A stretch of 64,000 nt of DNA, taken from assembly GCA_017517765.1 (NCBI GenBank), contig JAFWYE010000010.1, positions 2,432 through 66,431 of the forward strand, read 5' to 3'. The DNA comes from Bacilli bacterium (GTDB lineage Bacteria > Bacillota_I > Bacilli_A > RFN20 > DUOF01). Position 1 is the first letter of the stretch. Each line of letters opens with the position of its first letter. Made by a program: the position numbers and the translations under genes. Under the pieces are notes generated by a model, which ran no database searches, had not been told where the DNA came from, and was given only the letters and a program-made list of their open reading frames with translations. Below, one piece after another: positions 56,606 to 64,000 of the stretch.

Positions 56606-57292
56606 ATGTTTGAATTTATTATAAATGCCCTTAAAGAAATATCAATTTTTGTAGGGTATATTAAAAATAATACTTACCCCTTACCCCTAGATGAAAAAGA
56701 AGAAGCACATTACATTTCTATGCTTAAAGGAAAAGATAATGACATAGCTAGAACAAAATTAATTGAACATAATTTAAGATTAGTTATGCATATTGCAAAG
56801 AAATATGTAGGAAATAATGAAAGAGAAGACGATTTATTCTCGATTGGAACAATTGGATTAATAAAAGCCATTGATTCTTACTCAATTGAAAAAGATGTTA
56901 AATTAGCCACTTATGCTGCTAAATGTATAGAAAATGAAATATTAATGCATATTAGAAGCAATAAAAAGAATTATCAAGTCATGTCTTTGAGTGACACTAT
57001 AAGTGAAGATAAAGATGGAATAGAGTTATCTTTAGTAGATATTTTAGCTAGTGATGATGAAACCCTAGATGATAAATTAACTAGAAAAAATAGGTTATAT
57101 AAGTTAATTGATAATTTATGCATATTAGATGAAAAAGAAAAAGAAATTATTAACTTAAGATATGGGATAACAGGAAAAGAATATACTCAAAAAGAAATAG
57201 CTAAAAAATTTAAAATATCTAGATCATATGTTTCTAGAATAGAAAAAAGAGCTCTTATCAAGCTCTTAAATCAAATTAAAAAATCTGAATAA
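56606..57292 (+). CDS. sigK: Sporulation pro-sigma factor, SigK-like
   Basis: The pro-sequence is followed by YIKNNTYPLPLDEKEE (compare B. subtilis VKNNAFPQPL). Also IEHNLRLVMHIAKKY, ATYAAKCIENEILMHIR and ISRSYVSRIEKRAL. The gene is uninterrupted, with no skin-like insertion. Confidence 0.75.
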   Translation: MFEFIINALKEISIFVGYIKNNTYPLPLDEKEEAHYISMLKGKDNDIARTKLIEHNLRLVMHIAKKYVGNNEREDDLFSIGTIGLIKAIDSYSIEKDVKLATYAAKCIENEILMHIRSNKKNYQVMSLSDTISEDKDGIELSLVDILASDDETLDDKLTRKNRLYKLIDNLCILDEKEKEIINLRYGITGKEYTQKEIAKKFKISRSYVSRIEKRALIKLLNQIKKSE

Positions 57293-57299
57293 TATTATA

Positions 57300-57659
57300 T
57301 TATCTTACAATTGCTCTGATTGATCTTTCAAGTTTGAATCTTGCCATAGTCATATCAGCAGTAGTTAAATGTTTAGGATTATATCTTGATTGAGTAATAG
57401 CAACGTTTCTGATTCTTAATAAATTACGTAATTTAATACTTAAAGCTAATGCATAAACATCTCTTTCAGAATAAATTCTAGTTTCTTTTTCTTTTTTAAT
57501 TTCTGCTACTTTTTGTTCATATAATCTATAAAGATATGCTATTTCCTTTTTTGTTAATTTCTTAAAAGTCTCAGTCTCTGTTTTTTCTATGATACTATCA
57601 TATAATTCCTTATACTCATCACTCAAATTATTGTATAAACCTCTTGCTTTAATATACAT
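57300..57659 (-). CDS. Hypothetical helical protein (about 119 aa)
   Basis: It has its own promoter (57681-57709) and an AGGAGA RBS. Candidate starts are 57659, 57665 and 57668. No recognisable family. Confidence 0.5.
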   Translation of the reverse strand: MYIKARGLYNNLSDEYKELYDSIIEKTETETFKKLTKKEIAYLYRLYEQKVAEIKKEKETRIYSERDVYALALSIKLRNLLRIRNVAITQSRYNPKHLTTADMTMARFKLERSIRAIVR

Positions 57660-57680
57660 CTCCATCACTCTCCTGAAGAT

Positions 57681-57709
57681 ATTTTAATATAGTTTAAATA
57701 CCATTTCAA
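57681..57709 (-). promoter_or_regulatory. Candidate sigma-A promoter
   Basis: Minus strand: TTGAAA, 17 nt, TAAAAT. Confidence 0.4.
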
Positions 57710-57729
57710 TAATTATTTTTCTCTCTAAT

Positions 57730-57754
57730 AAAAAAACTTCATCAGTTGATGAAG
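57730..57754 (-). terminator. Rho-independent terminator after pncC
   Basis: Minus strand: cttcatca / tgatgaag palindrome followed by a 7-T run, starting 3 nt after the stop codon. Confidence 0.65.
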
Positions 57755-57756
57755 CT

Positions 57757-58254
57757 TTATTTTTGATAATTATCAATTGCTAATAATTTTATTAAGTCTT
57801 TTGCAATAAATTCTACAATTGCTTCTTTAGATTTTTCCCTGTTTGGAGATTTTACATTCACTACTTTAGTTATAAATTCTTTAGTTTCTCTATTATAGAT
57901 ACTTATGCAAACTTCTCCACCTCTACTACCATCAGTGGTATTAAGACTTAAGTTTCCTGTAACTCCAATTCCAATATTACTATCAGCATATCTAGAAATG
58001 CATTTTGCCATTTCTTTGCTAACTTGAGTACTAAAAACAGTATGCTTTTCTATAGTTCTAGGATTAACTCCAAATTTGATCTTAAAATCAGTGCCATAAG
58101 TAACAGCACTAAACTTTAAAACTTCACTACTACCGCTAACATTAGTAATAGCACTAGCAACACTACCACCAGTACAAGACTCCATAGTAGCAATTGTATA
58201 TCCAAGTTGCCTTAACTCACTTACAATCTTTTCATAATCATTATTTCTAGCCAT
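57757..58254 (-). CDS. pncC: CinA C-terminal domain protein / nicotinamide-nucleotide amidohydrolase PncC
   Basis: TIATMESCTGGSVASAITNVSGSSEVL pattern. Confidence 0.8.
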   Translation of the reverse strand: MARNNDYEKIVSELRQLGYTIATMESCTGGSVASAITNVSGSSEVLKFSAVTYGTDFKIKFGVNPRTIEKHTVFSTQVSKEMAKCISRYADSNIGIGVTGNLSLNTTDGSRGGEVCISIYNRETKEFITKVVNVKSPNREKSKEAIVEFIAKDLIKLLAIDNYQK

Positions 58255-58301
58255 ATATAATCTACCTTCTTCTTATATTTATTATACTCTTATATAAATA
58301 A

Positions 58302-61300
58302 TTAATCTATCTTTTTAGCCTCTCCTTTGAATAAAGAATATAAATATAAATTAATTGGTTTATTTACCATTTTTGATAGGTAATTTTTATATCCTTTTAA
58401 TTGAGATATATAGTTATCATCTTCAATATTAGATAATTTATAATCTATAATTCTATATTCATTTTCATATTCTACAACTAAGTCAATAAATCCATGTTTA
58501 TCACTATCAATAAACTCTAATTCTTTAAAAATATTTAAGCTATTTTTAATATTTAAAATGTCTGAATTTATGAATCTATTAATAATAAATTTATCATTAT
58601 TATCAATACCAGTATAATCAGGATTTTTAAAGTCTATTTCAAATAACAAGTTATGTAATTTATTACCCTTTATTAAAATAGAATCATCTGCATCTTCAAG
58701 TTTCAATTCTTTTGAATACTTACTTGTAATTACCTCTTCTTTACAATTAGGAATACTAATATAATTAAAATTACTAAATTTATTACTTAGTTTCCTATTT
58801 GCAACATATTTTTTATAGTCTTTATTTATATCTAACTCATCAATATTAACAGGTTTAATATATTTATTTAATTGTTCTAAAATATTGATCATAAAGTTAT
58901 TAAAACAAGATGATTTTTCCATATCTTTTTTCTCAGCCTTATCAAAGTCAGTTACTATTATCATCTTTTCTTTACTACGTGTTAAAGATACATAAAGTAA
59001 TCTAATTTTTTCACTTACCTCTTCGGTTAAATAAGAATTTTTATAACTATATAATTCTACATTTGGATACCTATACTTATCAGTATAGAAAGGAATAATA
59101 ATGCCATTTTTAGTTAAAATAAATGTATCTTTTGTTTCACTAGTATTAAATTTATTATTGAATCCCAGAAAATAGCAAACAGGGAATTCTAGGCCCTTTG
59201 AGTTATGAATGGTCATAAATCTAACAGCATCAATATCTTCTGAAGACATAGGTATTTCTATACTTATTTCTTTTTTCTCTATTACATCAAAATAGTTAAT
59301 AACAGTTTCTATAGTATATTCTAATTTATCTAGATTACTAGCTAAATTTATTAGATAAGATAACTTAGCTTCACTACTCTTAGCATCTCCTTTAATGATA
59401 AGTTTTTCATACCAATTGCTAAGGAATATCAATTCATTAAAGATATCTTTTAAAGACATAAAATCTAGTTTACTAATAATAGATTCATACGTTTTGTATA
59501 TAGTATTATCTTTGAAATTCTTTTCTAATATTAAATTATAAATTTCATTATCAGTATAAGAAAATAAATATGATCTAGCCACACTATAAAATGCATGAAT
59601 AAAATTAGTATCAAAATTATTATTTTTATATGAATTTACTAGGACTAATAAACTCTTAAAAATATACATATCATCTTGACCTACTATATTTTCATTTTCA
59701 TACATAATTGTAGGAATTGAAAAATATTCAAATATTTTTTTATAATTACTAAAATCACTTCTTTTATCTACTAAAATAACAAAATCTTTATAACTAGCCA
59801 CATAACTTTTTCCATCTTTTTTATTTACAAGTTTATAACCGGATTTGATTTTATTAATTATGTCATTAGCAGTAATAAATGCTTCTATTTCTCCTGCATT
59901 CAATCCACCATAATCTTTTTTATTATAAGTATAAATTTCAAGATCATGACTCTCTTTTAGTGGCTCCTTTAAATAATTAAGATTACCAAACTCAATCATA
60001 TGATCTTTTTTATAATTAGCTCCTCCAATATCCTCTTGCATAATTCTAGAAAATATTTCATTTACATTATCTAATACTTCTTTTCTACTTCTAAAGTTGG
60101 TATTTAAATCTATTAAGTAACCACCATTATGCTCTTTATAGTTTTTATATTTGCTTTTAAATAAATCTGGATTTGCATATCTAAATCTATATATTGATTG
60201 CTTAATATCTCCAACCATATACATGTTATTATTGCTAATATATGACATAAACTCTTCTTGTAATGAAGAAGTATCTTGATATTCATCAATCATAATTTCT
60301 TTTAATGAAGATCTTATTTCACTAGCAATATTTGGGTTTTTCTTAAAAATTTCAATAGCAAGTTTAGCTATATCCATAAAAGAATACATTTTATTTTCTT
60401 TTTTAAATGAGCTATATTTAAGATATATTTCCTTTAATAATTTAAAAATAATTTGTGATAATTGATAGCTTTCTTTATATTTGGTTTCAATAAATTCTTC
60501 ACTTTCATAAAGACAAATCTTTTTAAGTTCCCCATAGGCCTCACTTACAGCTTTTTTTAGTTCATTTATGTCAGAATTAGCTATTTTACCTGTATACAAA
60601 GTTGGGGAATTATTAATAAAATTAATAATATCATTGTATGATTTTGCCTCTAGTAAAATAGAATAATGATCACTAATTTTACTAACTAATTTCTCATCTT
60701 TTTCTCCCTCGATAAAATCCTCCATTGAAGCAATATTATCTTCTATATTTCTTATTAGAGTGAATAAAGTAGACAAATACCCCTCATATATAATTTTAAA
60801 TCTTTCATTATTGTCTACTTTTGATATATTGTCTAAATATTTGTTTGTATCTATTTCTAAATCAATTTTATCGAGTAATGAGTCTAATCCGTTAACTAGT
60901 AAATCATCATCTTTTCTAAGTAATGTTTTAATAAGAAAAAGGATATCTTCATCATTATTGCTATAATACTTTTCAAGTACTGATCTTATAATTCTTTCTT
61001 TTTCAATAGCAAGTATTGAAGAGTCCATTATTGATATATCCTTATCAACATTTACAAGATAATGATATTTTTTTACCATACTTAATGCAAAACTATCAAA
61101 AGTAGTAATATAGCTAGAGTCAATTAAATCTAGTTCTTTATCTAGTTTAGCACTAATGATGTTATCTCTTATTCGCTCTTTCATCTCTTCACTTGCAGCT
61201 TTAGTAAAAGTCAAAATAAGCAATTCATTAATATGAGCCCCATCTTTTAGTATTCTTATAACTCTTTCAGATAAAATAGCAGTTTTACCACTACCTGCTC

Positions 61301-61376
61301 CTGCACTAACTAAAATATTTTCTCCAGAGTGATTAATAGCTTCCAATTGATCATTCGTCCATTTCATCATCATCAC
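58302..61376 (-). CDS. addA: Helicase-nuclease AddAB, subunit AddA
   Basis: UvrD-like motifs (WTNDQ..AI, AGAGSGKT, DEYQDTS) and a C-terminal RecB-type nuclease (IDLVVEY...IIDYKLS). Confidence 0.9.
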   Translation of the reverse strand: MMMMKWTNDQLEAINHSGENILVSAGAGSGKTAILSERVIRILKDGAHINELLILTFTKAASEEMKERIRDNIISAKLDKELDLIDSSYITTFDSFALSMVKKYHYLVNVDKDISIMDSSILAIEKERIIRSVLEKYYSNNDEDILFLIKTLLRKDDDLLVNGLDSLLDKIDLEIDTNKYLDNISKVDNNERFKIIYEGYLSTLFTLIRNIEDNIASMEDFIEGEKDEKLVSKISDHYSILLEAKSYNDIINFINNSPTLYTGKIANSDINELKKAVSEAYGELKKICLYESEEFIETKYKESYQLSQIIFKLLKEIYLKYSSFKKENKMYSFMDIAKLAIEIFKKNPNIASEIRSSLKEIMIDEYQDTSSLQEEFMSYISNNNMYMVGDIKQSIYRFRYANPDLFKSKYKNYKEHNGGYLIDLNTNFRSRKEVLDNVNEIFSRIMQEDIGGANYKKDHMIEFGNLNYLKEPLKESHDLEIYTYNKKDYGGLNAGEIEAFITANDIINKIKSGYKLVNKKDGKSYVASYKDFVILVDKRSDFSNYKKIFEYFSIPTIMYENENIVGQDDMYIFKSLLVLVNSYKNNNFDTNFIHAFYSVARSYLFSYTDNEIYNLILEKNFKDNTIYKTYESIISKLDFMSLKDIFNELIFLSNWYEKLIIKGDAKSSEAKLSYLINLASNLDKLEYTIETVINYFDVIEKKEISIEIPMSSEDIDAVRFMTIHNSKGLEFPVCYFLGFNNKFNTSETKDTFILTKNGIIIPFYTDKYRYPNVELYSYKNSYLTEEVSEKIRLLYVSLTRSKEKMIIVTDFDKAEKKDMEKSSCFNNFMINILEQLNKYIKPVNIDELDINKDYKKYVANRKLSNKFSNFNYISIPNCKEEVITSKYSKELKLEDADDSILIKGNKLHNLLFEIDFKNPDYTGIDNNDKFIINRFINSDILNIKNSLNIFKELEFIDSDKHGFIDLVVEYENEYRIIDYKLSNIEDDNYISQLKGYKNYLSKMVNKPINLYLYSLFKGEAKKID

Positions 61377-63657
61377 CCTCTCTTAAATCAATATAATTCT
61401 TATATGTATGAAAACAAATATCTTTAAATTTACAATATTTACATGTAGTAGAATTATCTTTTAATATTTTAGGATTAATTTCAAAACTAACATTATTAAT
61501 GCTTTGGATCATGTTATTTATGTTTACTTCCATCTTTTCAATGATTTCATCAAATAAAGCTTTATCAAATAATTTAGCATATGTACCTAAGCCTTTACTA
61601 TTAGGGCTAATACCTTTAAGGTAGCTACCACTATTATATAAGGTATCAATACAAGCAATAATTTCTTCATTATTGTAGCTATATCCTTCAAGCAACATTT
61701 CTTTTTTTACTTGTGTTATAGATTGAATTTTATAATTAAGAAGTTGAAGGTAACATCCTACCAAAAAGATATCTGCATATTCTTTACTTTTATTAATTAA
61801 GTAAAAATAGAATGGGAGTTGTATCTCTAATCCATGATTTAAATATGATAATGTTAGCTTTTTATTACCAGTCTTATAGTCTACTACAATTGCCCTGTTG
61901 AATTCATCTATCATTAATTTATCAATGTAACCATGGATATTTATCGATAATTCTGTTTTTTTATTAATTGATATATGTGTCTCTAATTTAACTTTTTTAA
62001 ATTTAGTGCGCTCATATTGTTCTTTTATAATATCTACTTTTTCCTTAAAATCATTAATTGAATTTTTTAACAAAATCTTTTCTAGATCAGTAGGCACGTA
62101 GTCACTAACATAGTTATTAATTCTTTCATCAAAATTAAAGTTTTCTTCATATACTTTTTCCAAAACATGATGAAAGAGTGAACCTAAGTAAGTAGAAAAA
62201 GTAGTATTAGGTTCTTTTATGATGCTATTAAGATAATATTTAAAATTACATTCATTAAATCTTTCTAAAGATGAGGCAGAGATACTAATTTCATTATTTA
62301 AAGTTGCATCATAATATCTTTGTTTATCAATACTAGTATAACTATTATCATACTTTTTATATTCTTCCTTATTTAAAATATTTAATAAATACTTTAATTC
62401 CTCACTTTGAGAATTATATTTGTAATATGTATCTAATTCTCTTGTAAACTTTAACTTATTATACTCATTAGAATATATATTTTCTTTTTTACTATCTTTA
62501 ACAATATTATTACTAATATAACTTACTATATCACTAGCACTATATTTATTAAAATAATCAGCTTTTCTATAAGAAATAGTCAAATTAACATTCGATTTTA
62601 ATTTATTAATATAAAATTCTTTCATAAATTTGTTTGAATTGTAACTTGCAAAATAACCCATATCTATTTTATTTAAATCACTAAAATAATCTTCATCTTT
62701 TTTATATTTAGGAAAAACTTTATTATTTAAACCAATAAAGAAATAGTAATGATCATTTAAAAAATAACCTATATCAGTATCAAAAGATACTACATTTTTA
62801 TATTTAGGATATTTAATTTTAGTATTTTTTAATAAATATAAAAGAAACTCATTTCTACTATCTTTGTCTTCTATAAAAGATGAGGAATTAATACACTCTA
62901 TAACAAGATTATTGATTGAATCACAAGTATCTATAAAAGGAATATCTTCTTCATTTATATAGCAAGTATATAAATCTTTTACATATTTTAAATCATATAA
63001 ATATGACTCATTATTCAAAGAAAAAGGAATATTATATAAAGTAAAAATTTTATTTATATAATTAAAATAATCACTTGAATAATTTAAAATATGAATTTTA
63101 TCAGGGCTTATATTATTAGTTAATAAGTTTCCTATTTTATTAGCTAAATCCTCTATTTCATTTTCACTATCTTTATATTCATAAATTATTGTTTCTTCAT
63201 TGAGCTCATTTTTCATTACTTCAATTTTATTATTTAGTAATTCATTTATTTTATTAATTAAAGGTGATGATATATCTAAGTCTGTTACTATTCTATAATC
63301 ATTTAAATACTTTAAAAATTTATTATCATATTGAAGTAACCCTAGACTATCTAAGTAATTCTTCATTTCTAATAAACGTATATATTTTTCATCATCAATT
63401 TCTTTTGAATATACTAGATATTTCATTTCATTAATAAATGATTTTGCATTAGAAAAACTGATGTTATATTTTTTTGAAAGTTCATAGATTGATTTATAAT
63501 CAAAATCAAAGTAACATCTTTTTATAAATTCCATTAATGAAAAGAAATGAATATCTAAAATCATTTTTTGATCATTAAGATAAGATAATATCTCTTTTTT
63601 TACTTCATTTGAAACAATGTATATAGTTTTATTTAATATATATTTTTTCATCATCAT
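61351..63657 (-). CDS. addB: Helicase-nuclease AddAB, subunit AddB (short form, 768 aa)
   Basis: It lies upstream of and overlaps addA. The C-terminal nuclease motif is VVDYKTG, and the Fe-S cysteines are CNFKYY...CKYCKFKDIC. No Walker A motif is visible. Confidence 0.8.
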   Translation of the reverse strand: MMMKKYILNKTIYIVSNEVKKEILSYLNDQKMILDIHFFSLMEFIKRCYFDFDYKSIYELSKKYNISFSNAKSFINEMKYLVYSKEIDDEKYIRLLEMKNYLDSLGLLQYDNKFLKYLNDYRIVTDLDISSPLINKINELLNNKIEVMKNELNEETIIYEYKDSENEIEDLANKIGNLLTNNISPDKIHILNYSSDYFNYINKIFTLYNIPFSLNNESYLYDLKYVKDLYTCYINEEDIPFIDTCDSINNLVIECINSSSFIEDKDSRNEFLLYLLKNTKIKYPKYKNVVSFDTDIGYFLNDHYYFFIGLNNKVFPKYKKDEDYFSDLNKIDMGYFASYNSNKFMKEFYINKLKSNVNLTISYRKADYFNKYSASDIVSYISNNIVKDSKKENIYSNEYNKLKFTRELDTYYKYNSQSEELKYLLNILNKEEYKKYDNSYTSIDKQRYYDATLNNEISISASSLERFNECNFKYYLNSIIKEPNTTFSTYLGSLFHHVLEKVYEENFNFDERINNYVSDYVPTDLEKILLKNSINDFKEKVDIIKEQYERTKFKKVKLETHISINKKTELSINIHGYIDKLMIDEFNRAIVVDYKTGNKKLTLSYLNHGLEIQLPFYFYLINKSKEYADIFLVGCYLQLLNYKIQSITQVKKEMLLEGYSYNNEEIIACIDTLYNSGSYLKGISPNSKGLGTYAKLFDKALFDEIIEKMEVNINNMIQSINNVSFEINPKILKDNSTTCKYCKFKDICFHTYKNYIDLREGDDDEMDE

Positions 63658-63681
63658 TACCTCATAACTATTATATCAAAT

Positions 63682-63709
63682 AAAAAAAAGATAGTCATTA
63701 AGACTATCT
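63682..63709 (-). terminator. Rho-independent terminator after spoIVB
   Basis: Minus strand: agatagtc-ttaat-gactatct followed by an 8-T run. Confidence 0.7.
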
Positions 63710-64000
63710 ATATACTTTCTGATTCTAAAAGCATCCAGTCTATAAATACACCATACCCATATTTAACATTGTCTACTACTACATGAGTAACAGCACCGAT
63801 TAGCTTGTTATTTTGTACAATCGGAGACCCACTCATACCTGCCACTACTCCATTTGAAATATTAAGTAATCTTTTATCTGTTATTTTAAAAGTTATTCCT
63901 TTTACATCTTTAGTATCTTGCCTTTTAGCTTTAGTAATCTCTATTTCAAACTTATCTATCTTATTATCATCTACTACTGTATAAATATATGCCTTTCCTT
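63708..64000 (-). CDS. spoIVB: SpoIVB peptidase (S55), C-terminal fragment (5' end lies outside the window)
   Basis: My own reverse-strand translation is ...ITDKRLLNISNGVVAGMSGSPIVQNNKLIGAVTHVVVDNVKYGYGVFIDWMLLESESI*. This matches the catalytic-Ser region of B. subtilis SpoIVB (GMSGSPII...GAVTHVFV). It is absent from the ORF track because it has no in-window start. Confidence 0.85.
   Translation of the reverse strand, partial: GKAYIYTVVDDNKIDKFEIEITKAKRQDTKDVKGITFKITDKRLLNISNGVVAGMSGSPIVQNNKLIGAVTHVVVDNVKYGYGVFIDWMLLESESI

Overview
The window is AT-rich (roughly 70% A+T by eye) and gene-dense, and it looks like core chromosome of a low-GC, spore-forming Bacillota. Sporulation markers are spo0A, a sigK-like pro-sigma factor, spoIVB, a SpoIIIAH-like protein and a YjcZ-like micro-protein. 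The lineage is probably Erysipelotrichia- or Clostridia-like, but I cannot place it from sequence alone. All calls come from reading the supplied ORF translations and the DNA; no database search was run.

Most of the window is housekeeping:
- mnmA-recD2
- rplS-lepB-rbgA-rnhB
- uppS, proS-metG
- nusB-xseA-xseB
- lepA-hemW-hrcA-grpE-dnaK-dnaJ
- rsmE-mtaB-deoC-rpsU-hflX
- spo0A, dinB-xerD-deoB
- on the minus strand, the yqeG-yqeH-yhbY-nadD/yqeK operon, pncC and addBA

I found no rRNA, tRNA, CRISPR array, transposase or prophage.

Three things stand out:
1. A 5.2-kb four-gene cluster (37147-42306) fills the slot between dnaJ and rsmE, where prmA normally sits. It encodes two paralogous secreted or membrane-anchored proteins, a membrane-anchored McrB-family AAA+ NTPase, and a McrC/DUF2357-like partner. 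That partner carries a long Lys/Glu-rich coiled coil and no recognisable nuclease. This is the best candidate for an undescribed system.
2. A 28-bp dif-like XerCD site (51336-51363) lies immediately after deoB and about 1.2 kb from xerD. Gene orientation flips from plus to minus just downstream, so this is a probable replication terminus.
3. A small accessory islet sits at that terminus (51.5-53.3 kb). It holds an Ala/Gly-rich membrane-active-looking small protein, a DUF1292 protein, and an AbiEi-like antitoxin gene paired with a non-canonical partner.
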